DNA of 64,000 nt from Rhabdothermincola salaria (GCF_021246445.1 NZ_JAJQXW010000004.1:62001-126000), one strand, 5' to 3'; counted from the first letter of the stretch, positions 1-10,090 are shown. Notes: generated from the letters alone by a model not told the origin. Program-made: numbers and translations.

Positions 1-157
1 CCTCCCACCCCCGAATCGAGGTGACCGAGACGCCAGCGGCCACTGCGAGGTCATCGCGCGTGTAGCCAACAGCACGGCGGAGGGATCGGATCGCGATCCC
101 GATCCGACGGGCCTGCACGGTGGGGTCGCCCCCGGCAGGGTCGACCGAGAACGGCAT
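1..157 (-). CDS. XRE-family helix-turn-helix transcriptional regulator, 5' part only (runs off the window edge; alternative GTG start at 196)
   Basis: Not in the ORF track. Manual translation of the minus strand from ATG at 157 gives MPFSVDPAGGDPTVQARRIGIAIRSLRRAVGYTRDDLAVAAGVSVTSIRGWE, a typical HTH_3/XRE pattern. Confidence 0.75.
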   Translation of the reverse strand, partial: MPFSVDPAGGDPTVQARRIGIAIRSLRRAVGYTRDDLAVAAGVSVTSIRGWE

Positions 158-213
158 GAGGACGGTCGGTCCGGCGGATGGCACAGTTGACTCCACGTTC
201 GTTGGGGACAGGC

Positions 214-240
214 TTGACAGTGGTGGCAGGACCATAACCT
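214..240 (+). promoter_or_regulatory. Possible sigma70-type promoter facing the phosphatase gene
   Basis: TTGACA (214-219) and TAACCT (235-240), spacer only 15 bp, in the divergent XRE/phosphatase intergenic region. Confidence 0.3.
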
Positions 241-553
241 CAGGCTGACTTCCCGAGCCGTCGGCCTGCGCTCGCGAGATGTCGCGGGTTAGACGTGGTT
301 CGTTGGTCCTTCTGAAGCGGCCGGCGCACAGCCTCCTGCATGAGGGGCCCCATGGTGGGTCGAGTCGCACACCATGTCAGACGACCTTCCAGTTCCGGCA
401 GAACCAATCTGCTCCGGTGCCGTCACATCTCGAGCTCCTCCTCGTCATCAGGGCAGCTACCGCCGATCCGGTAGCCGACGCACCGGCGCTTGCGGCCGCG
501 TCTCCGTCGTCGGTGCCCGCCAGGCGGGTACCGCATCCCACGAGAGGTTCCCG

Positions 554-1174
554 ATGACCGTTCGCTCCCCCAGCCCCACCCGACCACCACGGACCGTCGA
601 TGCGGCCGAATGGCACCGACGCCCGGGCGAGGTGTGTGACTGGCTCGTCGTGTGCGGTGACCTGCACCATGATCCGGACAGCGCCGAGGCACAGCTCACC
701 GCATGGGATCGCCTCGGTGTCACCCGCATCGTCGACGTCCGCAGCGAGTACAGCGACGAAGACCTCGTGGCGAGACTCGCCCCCCACCTCGCCTACCACC
801 ACCTCGGGACGCACGACGACGGGACCGGTCAGCCCGACGAATGGTGGCAGGCAGGGCTCGACGTGCTGACCCAACGGACTCACGGCGACCGGCTGCTGGT
901 CCACTGCCACATGGGGGTCAACCGGGGGCCCAGCATGGCCTTCCGCCTGATGCTCGCCGACGGGTGGGGTGTGGCCGCGGCACTCGACGCCATCCGAACG
1001 GCGCGACCGATCGCTGCGGTGCTCTACGCCGATTCGGCGTTGGCTCACCACGCCCGGTCGACCGGCATGGCGACCAGCGAGGTCCGCTCGGCCGTCGCGG
1101 AGCTCCTCGACTGGCAGGACCGGAACCCGGTGGACGTGGCGGGAGTAATCAGCCGCATTCGTCGGGCCAGCTGA
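554..1174 (+). CDS. Dual-specificity / protein-tyrosine phosphatase family protein (206 aa)
   Basis: CX5R P-loop motif LLVHCHMGVNRG with an upstream general-acid loop THDDG. ATG at 554 is preceded by GAGAGG; the ORF-track start at 374 adds an unlikely low-complexity leader. Confidence 0.85.
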   Translation: MTVRSPSPTRPPRTVDAAEWHRRPGEVCDWLVVCGDLHHDPDSAEAQLTAWDRLGVTRIVDVRSEYSDEDLVARLAPHLAYHHLGTHDDGTGQPDEWWQAGLDVLTQRTHGDRLLVHCHMGVNRGPSMAFRLMLADGWGVAAALDAIRTARPIAAVLYADSALAHHARSTGMATSEVRSAVAELLDWQDRNPVDVAGVISRIRRAS

Positions 1175-1307
1175 CGACCGCACGGGATGGCCCGATCGCC
1201 CCACAGGACGCTGGCTTCGGGTCCCTGTCGCCCCTGTGCGCGTCACATCTCACGCCTAGCTCCGTTGCCCTCGGTGTCGGCCCGTCCGCCACCGAAGGGA
1301 GCCGCTG

Positions 1308-1997
1308 ATGGGGACAACGCACGAACCCTGCACCACGTCGATCCAGACGACCGTCTCGCAACGGCGCGCGCAGCGGCGCCGTCGAGAAGCCAGCCAGGCA
1401 CGTGAGCACTACGCCGGTGAGCTGCACGCCATCGCCGTCAGACGCCTCGCAGCCCGCAACGTCAGAGGTGACGACGCCCTCGACGTCGCCCAACGGATCG
1501 CTCTCGGATTCGCCGTCGATCCGGCGGGCGTCATGGGCGCCTATCCCCAGCCCGGCGCCTTCGTGGCCGTGTCGCTCGCCCAACGCCTGATCGATCACCG
1601 CAAGACCGACAGCCGCCAGCGTGGCCAGGGCTGGTCCCGACGTCGCAGCGACGGCTCCCACAGCTCCAGCCGCCAGGTGGTCGCCATCGTGGTGGCCGAT
1701 CCGGAGACCGGCGAAGAACGGGAGCGTCTCGAGGGTCGCCAGGTCCACGACGCCGTGGTGGCCGCCGCCCGGGCCGAGGATGCTCTGTTCGATCGTCTGG
1801 ACCTCGACCCGGTCATGGACGGGATGCCCGCCGAGGACCGATGGGCTCTGTTCCAGGTCGACGTCGTGGGCCGGGCAACCGGGGAGGTGGCCGCCGAGCT
1901 CGGTCACCGCCGGGAGTGGCTGAGCCGTCGGCTCACTGCCGTGCGCCGACGGCTCGCCGCAGACCTGACCGCCGCCGGGTACGTCAGCGCCGCCTGA
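1308..1997 (+). CDS. Atypical ECF-type sigma-70 factor
   Basis: Region-2-like DDALDVAQ...RLIDHRK and region-4-like MPAEDRWALFQVDVVGRATGEVAAELG...RRL; RBS GAAGGGAG upstream. Confidence 0.65.
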   Translation: MGTTHEPCTTSIQTTVSQRRAQRRRREASQAREHYAGELHAIAVRRLAARNVRGDDALDVAQRIALGFAVDPAGVMGAYPQPGAFVAVSLAQRLIDHRKTDSRQRGQGWSRRRSDGSHSSSRQVVAIVVADPETGEERERLEGRQVHDAVVAAARAEDALFDRLDLDPVMDGMPAEDRWALFQVDVVGRATGEVAAELGHRREWLSRRLTAVRRRLAADLTAAGYVSAA

Positions 1998-2048
1998 CCC
2001 TGGAGGCTCGGCGCGCACAGCATCGGCGGCACGTGTCGTTCATCACCC

Positions 2049-2786
2049 ATGAACGAGAACCCGAACCCCAACAGTGCTCCGATCCCCGAGGGAGAGGACA
2101 CTCCGCACGTCCATCTCTACGTGCTGGTCGATCGGTCCGGATCGATGTCGACCATGGTCCGCGACGTGATCGGCGGGTTCAACCGGCTGCTCGCCGAGCA
2201 ACAGGCGGAAGGCCCCGACGCCCGCATGACCCTCGTGATGTTCGACAGCCAGGACCCCGAGGAGGTCGTCGCCGACGCCGTGCCGATCAGCGAGGTCGTC
2301 CCCCTCGACGAGCGCACCTTCGCCCCCCGGGGCGGGACACCGCTGCTCGACGCCACCGGGCGCATCCTCGTGCGGGCCGCCGTGCACGCCGAGCACCTGC
2401 GCGTGACCGGTCAGCCCGCCGAGCGGATCGTGGTGGTGACCATCACCGATGGCGAGGAAAACCAGTCTCGCGAGTACTCACTCGACACCGTGCGCCGTCT
2501 CGTCGCCCAGCGCATGGAGGACGGGTGGACCTTCGCCTTCCTCGGTGCCGGCCTGGATGCCTACGGCGAGGCGGGCAGCATCGGCTACGACCCCCGGTCG
2601 GTGCAGTCCTTCGCGGCAGACGGGGCCGGTGCGGCCGCCGCCTTCGACTCCATGTCGAAGTCGACCAGCGCCCTGCGACGCAAGAACCGGGCCAAGCAGG
2701 CCATCGACAGCGGCGACTTCTTCGACGGCAAGAAGCACGCTGAGCTCGACCGCCTGCAACGCGAGCGCCGTCGCCGTCCCTCGTGA
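2049..2786 (+). CDS. Stand-alone von Willebrand factor A (vWA) domain protein
   Basis: MIDAS motif VLVDRSGSM, GGTPLLDA and VVTITDGEENQSRE. Confidence 0.85.
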   Translation: MNENPNPNSAPIPEGEDTPHVHLYVLVDRSGSMSTMVRDVIGGFNRLLAEQQAEGPDARMTLVMFDSQDPEEVVADAVPISEVVPLDERTFAPRGGTPLLDATGRILVRAAVHAEHLRVTGQPAERIVVVTITDGEENQSREYSLDTVRRLVAQRMEDGWTFAFLGAGLDAYGEAGSIGYDPRSVQSFAADGAGAAAAFDSMSKSTSALRRKNRAKQAIDSGDFFDGKKHAELDRLQRERRRRPS

Positions 2787-2798
2787 CGGCCGGCGGTC

Positions 2799-2830
2799 GT
2801 GGGTGGCGGGTGCGGCGGCCCGCCACCCAC
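2799..2830 (+). terminator. Perfect 12-bp GC-rich stem-loop after the vWA gene (putative intrinsic terminator, weak U-tract)
   Basis: GTGGGTGGCGGG (2799-2810), 8-nt loop, CCCGCCACCCAC (2819-2830). Confidence 0.6.
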
Positions 2831-2951
2831 TCACTCTCCGAGGACACCGGTTCATGACCAGGCTGAAGACCGCCGGCGTAGACGACGAACGGCAGTCGGC
2901 ACCTGACCTACTGTGCGTCACGTGGCGGCAGGACTCCTCGGGTGGTGATCG

Positions 2952-3641
2952 GTGGATGACAGGCGTCAGACGCTGACGGAAGCGACGGACGAACCCTTCA
3001 GCATCCAGCTCGAGCGTTGGTTCGCGTCCCCCGAGGCACTGGCCACGGCGAAGCGTCTCCTGCGGGGAGCGCAGGGCCCCATCCGTGCCGAGGATGTCGT
3101 CCAGGATGCCTTTCTGAAGGTCGCCATACTGCGCAGGGAGGGCCGTATCGACGACGAGGCCCTGGCCGGCCGCCGCGTTGCCAGCTACGGCTGCACGGTG
3201 ATGAAGCGCCTGATCGCCGACGTGTTCCGGGGGCGCCGCAAGCCGGACGTGGAGCTCGACGAGCGAATGGGCCTCGCCCCACCAGACGGCGACGATGAGA
3301 TCCCGTCGGAAGGGGACACTCCCACGCTGGATGCCCTGCGGACCATCGTGGAGACGAGGGGACACGAGGCATGGGCCACGTCGGGGGCGCTCACGTGCCT
3401 GACGCTGGCCGCCTATCCGGCGTGCGACACCGGGGGTGCTCCCCTACCGCAGGGCGGCGCTCGACCGGACCAGGCCCGGCTGTGGCCGTGCCTGTGGTTC
3501 GCTGGGCAACGCGACGGGATCTTCCCCGACGCTGATGGTGGATCTGCCGCGCAACGCCAACGGCTGTCGCGCCGAGCACGCCGGATCACCACACTGGTCG
3601 ACGAGGCGACGGCCCTTCACTTCGCGAGCAGCGGGACATGA
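2952..3641 (+). CDS. Second sigma-factor-like protein (region 2 recognisable, divergent C-terminus)
   Basis: RAEDVVQDAFLKV...KRLIADVFR matches sigma-70 region 2; the C-terminus ends AQRQRLSRRARRI. Stop overlaps the next start (ATGA). Confidence 0.55.
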   Translation: MDDRRQTLTEATDEPFSIQLERWFASPEALATAKRLLRGAQGPIRAEDVVQDAFLKVAILRREGRIDDEALAGRRVASYGCTVMKRLIADVFRGRRKPDVELDERMGLAPPDGDDEIPSEGDTPTLDALRTIVETRGHEAWATSGALTCLTLAAYPACDTGGAPLPQGGARPDQARLWPCLWFAGQRDGIFPDADGGSAAQRQRLSRRARRITTLVDEATALHFASSGT

Positions 3642-4843
3642 GCGACCCCGTCTACCCCCAAGACCTCGTGGTCCACGTCGACCCCGATGGCAGCCGCGAG
3701 CTCGTCTCGTTCGTGCCCGGCCCGGCTGGTCACGCCGAGCTCCACGTCGACGACGGCATCGACGTGTACGTCGACTACGCCGACCCGGTGCAGCTGTCGT
3801 CGATCGCCGTCGACGGTGACAGCGCTGCTGGGTTGCTGAGCCATCTCATCGGCGACGACCGAGCCGTCGAAGCACTCGAGACGGACGACGACACCCGACC
3901 CCGGCGGTTGGTCGGCGAGAGCCCCTCGATGGGCCAGCAATCCGACCCTCGTTTCGGCACGAACCGCGCACGCGATGCGTTTCGCCCAGGAGACGCCCAG
4001 ATCATGGGCCGCCTCGCGTTCCTCGAGGCGCTCAGCACCGACGAGGACCTTCCACCTCTGGTCCGCGCCACTGCAGCGCTGGAGGCGGCGTACGAGGCCG
4101 AGGAGCGCCCAGAGCTCACTCCATCCGTCGTTGCGGGGAGGCGGGCCCGTATCACCGAAGCGGCCGAACTCCTCGACCAGGTGCAAGCGGACATCGCCTG
4201 GGTGGCGAACGGGAAGCCGAAGCTTGCCAGTCGGTTGGCCTCACTGTGCTTCGGCGCCCTCAACGATGCGCCCGGACTCCGCGAGGTCGCCGACACCCTC
4301 ACCGGTGGGAGGACTCGGTCCGCAGACCGCATCGCAGCGCCCGCCGCGGCGCGGGCCATGTCGATGGCGTTCTGGGAACCGGCGGTGCGCGCAGCGACCC
4401 TCACCGACGGCGGTCTTCTGCGAGTTCGCACGGTGGGGCCGACCGACGACCTCTGGATGCGTGTGACGGCCCGGGGCTCCCAGGTGCTGATCGCTCTCGT
4501 CCCCGTCCTCAAGGCGGACCGCGGCGGCACGGCGGAGGCGGTCGTTCCCCACGACCTTCGCCTCGACGACCTCGAGCTGACGCTCACCGTCGACCCGCTC
4601 CCGCTGCCCGCATCGTCGCTCGACCGGGCGATGCGCGCTGTGCGCCTTGGACAGAAGGCGGTCCTCCTGCGTTCCTCGGACCCGGCTGCCGCACGGGAGC
4701 TGTGGGAGGACTGTGCGGCGATGTGGGAGGACCTGGGAGACCCGACCCGAGCTGCCCAGGCCCGGCAGTACGCAGAACACGGGATCCCGCAACGCCCTGC
4801 CACGCTCGCCGAAGAAATCGCCAGGGCCCTGCGCCGACGCTGA
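3638..4843 (+). CDS. Hypothetical protein (401 aa), C-terminal TPR-like helical hairpin, coupled to the sigma-like gene
   Basis: ATGA overlap and coding-like codon usage; C-terminal ARELWEDCAAMWEDLGDPTRAAQARQY. Confidence 0.6.
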   Translation: MSDPVYPQDLVVHVDPDGSRELVSFVPGPAGHAELHVDDGIDVYVDYADPVQLSSIAVDGDSAAGLLSHLIGDDRAVEALETDDDTRPRRLVGESPSMGQQSDPRFGTNRARDAFRPGDAQIMGRLAFLEALSTDEDLPPLVRATAALEAAYEAEERPELTPSVVAGRRARITEAAELLDQVQADIAWVANGKPKLASRLASLCFGALNDAPGLREVADTLTGGRTRSADRIAAPAAARAMSMAFWEPAVRAATLTDGGLLRVRTVGPTDDLWMRVTARGSQVLIALVPVLKADRGGTAEAVVPHDLRLDDLELTLTVDPLPLPASSLDRAMRAVRLGQKAVLLRSSDPAAARELWEDCAAMWEDLGDPTRAAQARQYAEHGIPQRPATLAEEIARALRRR

Positions 4844-4886
4844 GACGTTCCGACAGGTCCCCGGAGCTTCGAGGTTCGGGGGCCGC

Positions 4887-7800
4887 TCAGTGGGCGGCGT
4901 CGGCGTGCTCGACGAAGCTGCACAGCGTCGACAGCAGGCGCATCTCGTCGACACTGCGGGCGCGGCTGTCGAGCAGTTCCTTCGTGCACACGAGGTAGGC
5001 GAGGCACCGGGCCCGGCTCACCGCCACGTTGAGCCGGTTCCGCGAGAACAAGAAGTCCGGTCCGCGTGACGCGTCGTCGGACGATGAGCTCGTCATCGTG
5101 AAGAACACCACTGCGGCTTCGCGGCCCTGGAACTTGTCCACCGTTCCGACCGGCACATTCCGGGTGTGCGTGTCACGATCGAGGCGCTGCCTGATCAGGT
5201 TCACCTGGTTGTTGTACGGGGCGACCACCATGACGTCCCCGACGCTCAGCGGGGCCTCGGTCCCGTGCTGGTTGACCCACGGCGTGCCGAGGAGACGGCT
5301 GATCTCGGAGGCCACGAGCTCGGCTTCTTCGGGTGCTTCGTTGCTGCGGTCGCTGTGGTGGGCTTCCATCCACCGCAGACCCGTGCCGGCGCTCGTCCTC
5401 TGACCCCAGCAGCTCGGGTGGCTGGTGAGACGTCCTTCGTAGATCTCGTCGGAGATGAACGAGCACACGTCGGGGTGCATGCGGCGGCTCTCGGCCAGGA
5501 AGATGCCCCGATCGGCGGGCACCGTCACGTCCTCACCGAGGACGTGTTCGAGCACGCTGGCTCCTCCGCCGCCGGGATGGGAGGCCTTCTCCACCTGGGC
5601 GAGCTGCAACGGGTCACCCAGCAGGACCATGCTCTTCGCGGCTCTGGACGCGGCGAGGGCGTCGGCGAGGGCGAGCTGCCCGGCCTCGTCGACGATCAAC
5701 ACGTCGACCGGGGCGTCACGCATGCAGTCGTTGGCGAAGAGCCAGGTGGTGCCCGCAACGAGGTTGTATCCAGGCTCGGCGCAGGGTGGGTTGAGATCCT
5801 CATACGCCACCCCGGACACGTTCTCCGGGCGTTTGGCCGGCTGGCGCTTGATCGCATTCAGCTGGCCCGAGAGTCCATTCTCGGCGAAGAGTGCCACCGA
5901 GGCTTCGAGGAGGTTGTCGATGGCGTGGTGGCTCATGGCGGTGATCCCGACCCTCCTGCCGGCCAGGATCAGATCGCGGACGATGTGCGCACCGCGATAC
6001 GTCTTGCCGGTACCGGGCGGACCCTGGATGGTCAGGTAGCTGTGGTCGAGGTCACGAACCCAGTCGGCCATCTCGTCGAGGTCGTCGCTGAACCGCCCAC
6101 CCGCGGGGCCACCTCCCGGGACGAACGCCGGTAGGTCTCGACGGAGTAGGGCCATGGACACTTCGTTCGGAGCGCCGCCGGTCGGATCGAGAACCTGCGC
6201 CGCCAGCGCGGAGAGCGCCTGAGACTTTGGGGTCTGGCGAGCCGAGTCGTCGATCACCACCAACGATGGGACGACGCCCGCCTCCTGAGACTTCTCGTTC
6301 CACACGAGGTCGAGAACGCGATCGCCAAGATCGAACTGCCTGACTCTTGCACCCGCCAATTGCCCATCCCCGACGGCGTAGACGACCCCGTCATCTCTCG
6401 ACGGGAATCCATCAGTGGACTGGGCTGGGAAGCGGAACCTCATCGCGGGCCACTTCTGCCTGCCCGACGGCGCTTGAAGCCCGACCGGTTCGAGACCGGC
6501 AAGAGCGTCGGAGGCGTCGAGCTCGTCCGCTGCCTCGCCAGCACACCGGGCGGCCATCTGGGCACGGTGCGCGAAGAACTCCCGGCGCCAGTAGCCGCGT
6601 ACGTCTCCGAGCAGGTACTCGGGGGTGCCGGCTCCGAAGGCGTGGAGGCGGCTTACCTGCTCATCGAGCTCGGGCAAGTCGTCGGGCGGCTCGAGATATG
6701 CCGAGCGCCACTCCATACCGGGGGGCCGCTGCTCGATCAGCCAGTCGCGCAGCGCTCGGGTGGCGCGGACGTCGTCCTCGTTGTACGCCGCGATGCGTTC
6801 CAGGATGCCGGCGTCGAGAGTCTTGGTGTACTCCTCATACTCGACGACAGCGCCCGCTCCCTGGTCGATGTCGTGACCGCGCCGAAACGCGGCCAGCCGC
6901 TCGAGATCCTTGAGCCCGTAGGACTCCACGCCGACCTGCACCGCATTGTGCGCGACCGTGAAGAGGTCGACGAAGAGCCCGGTCTCCACGAGCTCGGCCA
7001 GCTCGATCTCGGCGACACCGTGGGATGCGGTGAGCCGTTCGAGCTGCGAGCGTTCGGTGTGGTTGTAGTGGTAGACGTGCATCCCGGGGTGTTCGGCTCG
7101 CCGCTCGGCCAGGTATCCGACGAGAGCGCGAACCGCCTCCGCCTCCTCGTCCAGGTCGTGTGCCCAGTAGGTGCGGTACTGCCAGCCACCGTCGCCGCCG
7201 GCCTCGAGAAATCCGAAAAGGAAGAACAGCCCGCCGTCGGCCCGCCAGAACGGGTGACCCTCGAAGTCGAGGAAGACGTCGCCGTCATCGGGTTCGGGAA
7301 GCGACTCGAAGCCACGACCCCAGGCCGGCTCGTCCGAGGCCTCGATCATGCGATACGGCGGCGGCGCGTCGGAACTCAAGCGGGCCTCGACCTGAAGAGC
7401 GGCTTGCTGGACGGCTCGTCGGAGGCGTTCCTCTCGCACCCCGTCGACCGGCGCCTCGTTGGCGGCGAGCGCAGCGAGCGTTGCGATCCCGCCCGCCTCC
7501 AGAACGCGGCGGTCAGTACTGCGCAGATCGGCCACGTAGATCAGCGAATCGTCGTTCCGCCACTGGGCTTCGCAGCGTTCCGCGAACTCGCAGAACTGGC
7601 AGTGGCTGCATCGCTCGGGGACCGTCTCGGCCCCAGTCGGGTCGGCGTCGAGGGCCGCGGCGAGCTGGGCCTTCAGGCGGTTCCAGTAGGGCCGGAAGTC
7701 TTTGGCGACGAGTGGCTCGACCTGACCGGAGCCGAGCCAGAGATGCAGATGGCGGGGGGCGTGCCCCGTGATGGCCTCCAGCGCATCGGCGTAGAAGCAG

Positions 7801-8243
7801 AGCTGCAGCACATGACCGGGCTTGGCCTCCTGACGGGCCAGCTTGGCGTCGACCGGCTCATAGACCACCGTCCCGGTCGTGGCGTCTTCGGTGCGGACGA
7901 GGAAGTCGGCCACGCCTCGCACCCCGTCGTGAACCAGCGGCATCTGGTAGATCACGTCGTAGCCCTCGTCGAAGGGGCTGCCCACCCGGGTGACCCATGC
8001 AGCAAAGGTCTCCCTGGGCTGTCGAGGCGGAATCTCGAGGATCGACAGACCCTGTCGTCGGTACTCGTCGAGACAGTCCGCTTCGTGTTGCAGACCCTTG
8101 TCGGCCAGGAGTCGGGCGAAGGAGCCGAACGGGCGGTGCGCCGGCGCTGCCCCCGACTTCAGATCCTCGTGGGTCAGCGTCAGGTAGTGGGCGCAGTCCA
8201 GCCACGCCGTGATCCTCGTCGGGGTGAGCAGCCGGTCAGTCAG
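4887..8243 (-). CDS. TM0106-family RecB-like nuclease + RNase H-like domain + SF1 (Dna2/Upf1-type) helicase (~1118 aa, probable CTG start)
   Basis: PD-(D/E)XK motif ADFL...PVDAK...LQLCFY, Cys cluster CSHCQFCEFAERC, RNase-H-like FLDFEG...YNEDDV, Walker A QGPPGTGKT, VDEAGQ, GTVDKFQGRE, RLNVAVSRA. The frame stays open upstream of the track start (7985) and encodes family-like TDRLLTPTRITAWLDCAHYL from a CTG at 8243 preceded by GGAGAA. Confidence 0.85.
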   Translation of the reverse strand: MTDRLLTPTRITAWLDCAHYLTLTHEDLKSGAAPAHRPFGSFARLLADKGLQHEADCLDEYRRQGLSILEIPPRQPRETFAAWVTRVGSPFDEGYDVIYQMPLVHDGVRGVADFLVRTEDATTGTVVYEPVDAKLARQEAKPGHVLQLCFYADALEAITGHAPRHLHLWLGSGQVEPLVAKDFRPYWNRLKAQLAAALDADPTGAETVPERCSHCQFCEFAERCEAQWRNDDSLIYVADLRSTDRRVLEAGGIATLAALAANEAPVDGVREERLRRAVQQAALQVEARLSSDAPPPYRMIEASDEPAWGRGFESLPEPDDGDVFLDFEGHPFWRADGGLFFLFGFLEAGGDGGWQYRTYWAHDLDEEAEAVRALVGYLAERRAEHPGMHVYHYNHTERSQLERLTASHGVAEIELAELVETGLFVDLFTVAHNAVQVGVESYGLKDLERLAAFRRGHDIDQGAGAVVEYEEYTKTLDAGILERIAAYNEDDVRATRALRDWLIEQRPPGMEWRSAYLEPPDDLPELDEQVSRLHAFGAGTPEYLLGDVRGYWRREFFAHRAQMAARCAGEAADELDASDALAGLEPVGLQAPSGRQKWPAMRFRFPAQSTDGFPSRDDGVVYAVGDGQLAGARVRQFDLGDRVLDLVWNEKSQEAGVVPSLVVIDDSARQTPKSQALSALAAQVLDPTGGAPNEVSMALLRRDLPAFVPGGGPAGGRFSDDLDEMADWVRDLDHSYLTIQGPPGTGKTYRGAHIVRDLILAGRRVGITAMSHHAIDNLLEASVALFAENGLSGQLNAIKRQPAKRPENVSGVAYEDLNPPCAEPGYNLVAGTTWLFANDCMRDAPVDVLIVDEAGQLALADALAASRAAKSMVLLGDPLQLAQVEKASHPGGGGASVLEHVLGEDVTVPADRGIFLAESRRMHPDVCSFISDEIYEGRLTSHPSCWGQRTSAGTGLRWMEAHHSDRSNEAPEEAELVASEISRLLGTPWVNQHGTEAPLSVGDVMVVAPYNNQVNLIRQRLDRDTHTRNVPVGTVDKFQGREAAVVFFTMTSSSSDDASRGPDFLFSRNRLNVAVSRARCLAYLVCTKELLDSRARSVDEMRLLSTLCSFVEHADAAH

Positions 8244-8394
8244 CGGGGTCTTCTCCAGTGGTGGGTGTCAGCACTCGACGGGTCGCCGACGGTGGGCAGT
8301 GGACGACGGCCATGGCCGAGCTGGCGGTCGGCGACGCAGAAAGCGAAGGCGTCAGGCAGTCGGGGCAGGTCAAGGCGGGCGTTCGCTCAGCGGG

Positions 8395-9024
8395 TCACGT
8401 CGGGAAGACCGAGACGAGGATCATCTCGGCCTCGACCAAGGTCTCTTCGGCCTCTCGCACCCGAGCAATCGCGTCCTCGATCATGCGGCGCTGTATGGGT
8501 CGGTCTCCTGGCGCCGTCTCGGCTCGGTCGAAGTCCGCATCGATGGTTCCCAGTCGATCCTCGAGGGCGGCAGCGAAAGCGCCTGTGCATTCCGATGCTC
8601 CGGCCATGTGTGCGCCGATCAGCGAGGGGCGGTCGATGTAGTGGTCCTGGATGTACTCCCACGGGCCCCAATCAGGGGTGGGTTGACCCCATTCGACAAC
8701 TACCGCTGTGGTCATGTCATCGACCACGGTGGCCAATTCGGTGGAGTTGGGTGCCTCGGGGGCCTCGAGCACAGCGACTTCCCATCGAGACGAGCTCACG
8801 CGAATCACCTCGAGCCAGGTGCGCCAACCTGATCGGCCAAAGAGGGCGGCGTCGAACCTTGCCCTGTTCTGGGTGAACTCGCCATCCCTCCACAGGGTCG
8901 GGTCGGGCGCAATCGATTCCCACGAGGAGATCTCATCCCCGTCGCGCAGCCTCGACACCACTGGGTCGAAGAAGTACTCCCGCAGCACTTCCAGATGTTG
9001 GTTGTCGGACGATCCGGTCGTCAT
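8395..9024 (-). CDS. Hypothetical protein (209 aa)
   Basis: ATG at 9024 with GAGGAG RBS; protein-like composition; no family recognised. Confidence 0.6.
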   Translation of the reverse strand: MTTGSSDNQHLEVLREYFFDPVVSRLRDGDEISSWESIAPDPTLWRDGEFTQNRARFDAALFGRSGWRTWLEVIRVSSSRWEVAVLEAPEAPNSTELATVVDDMTTAVVVEWGQPTPDWGPWEYIQDHYIDRPSLIGAHMAGASECTGAFAAALEDRLGTIDADFDRAETAPGDRPIQRRMIEDAIARVREAEETLVEAEMILVSVFPT

Positions 9025-9172
9025 AGCCGTCTCCTCGAGCCAGAGCACATGGTTGTCCAGATTCCGGGCCGTGTCGCCGAAGCTGGCGAGGCGGCTAGCA
9101 GGTCGTCGGCGGCATCAGCCGGCGGAATTTCGCAAAGGTCTCTCACGCGACGCTCTCGACCGTGTGAACAGG

Positions 9173-10090
9173 TCATGCGGCAGCCAGCGCGGCGATGGTG
9201 TTGCGGTGCAGTCCGACGAGGTCGTCGGTATCGAGACGGGCGCCTTCGTAGCCGCCGGCCAGGACGGCGGCGATGGGCAGTCCGTTGGCGACGGCCCAGT
9301 CGGCGACGAGGGCGTCTCGTTCGGCCAGCGTGGCGGTGGTCAGGCCCCGCAGGCCACCGGTCGGGCAGTCCTCGTGGGGGTCGACGCCAGCGTTGTACAA
9401 CACGATGTCGGGACGGGGACCGTGTTCCAGCCAGGTGAGCCCGAGTCTGACGGTGGCCAGGTACTCCCCCGCGTCGCCCACCAGCATCGGCGTGGCCTGC
9501 GACGTCGGCGCATAGGAGTCGAACGCCGAGGTCGACACGTCGAGCTGGCGGACCGAGTCGAGTTCGCCGACGATGGACTGGGTGCCACCCCCGAAGTGGG
9601 CGTCGAGGTCGATCACCACAACCTCGAGGCCGCGTTGAGCGGACAGCACTGCGGCCAGCGCCAGACCGTTGACTGTGCAGAATCCGCTGCCCCGTTCGGC
9701 CCGAGCGTGGTGGAGCCCGGCTGCCAGCCCGAATCCGCGCCCATCGTCGAGCGCCGTACCGAGGCTGCTCATGACTGCCCCGGTGGAGGCGAGCACAGCC
9801 GGGTACAGCTCCTCTGACCAGTCCAGCCCGTTCGACTCCGCGAGATCTGAAGGGTCGCCGGTGCGCACCGCCTCGATGTAGGCGTGGTCGTGCATCTCGG
9901 TCACCAGTGACTCCTCAGCGGGTTCAGCGACGCTGACCGTGACGCCCGGGATCGGCTCGTTGGCCAGGGACTGGGCGATGAGCGCCGGCTTGCGAGTCGT
10001 TTCGTACTCTGCAGGGGCATTCTCGGCGTGGGCGGGGGCGTGGACGTGGATCGCGGGCTCCTCGGGTCGGCGGACACTGGACCTCCGCAC
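9173..10090 (-). CDS. Zn-dependent histone-deacetylase (AcuC/AphA-like) family protein
   Basis: GLHHA...GFC, VIDLDAHFGGGT, YNAGVDPHEDC, VLAGGY. The exact start is uncertain. Confidence 0.85.
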   Translation of the reverse strand: MRRSSVRRPEEPAIHVHAPAHAENAPAEYETTRKPALIAQSLANEPIPGVTVSVAEPAEESLVTEMHDHAYIEAVRTGDPSDLAESNGLDWSEELYPAVLASTGAVMSSLGTALDDGRGFGLAAGLHHARAERGSGFCTVNGLALAAVLSAQRGLEVVVIDLDAHFGGGTQSIVGELDSVRQLDVSTSAFDSYAPTSQATPMLVGDAGEYLATVRLGLTWLEHGPRPDIVLYNAGVDPHEDCPTGGLRGLTTATLAERDALVADWAVANGLPIAAVLAGGYEGARLDTDDLVGLHRNTIAALAAA

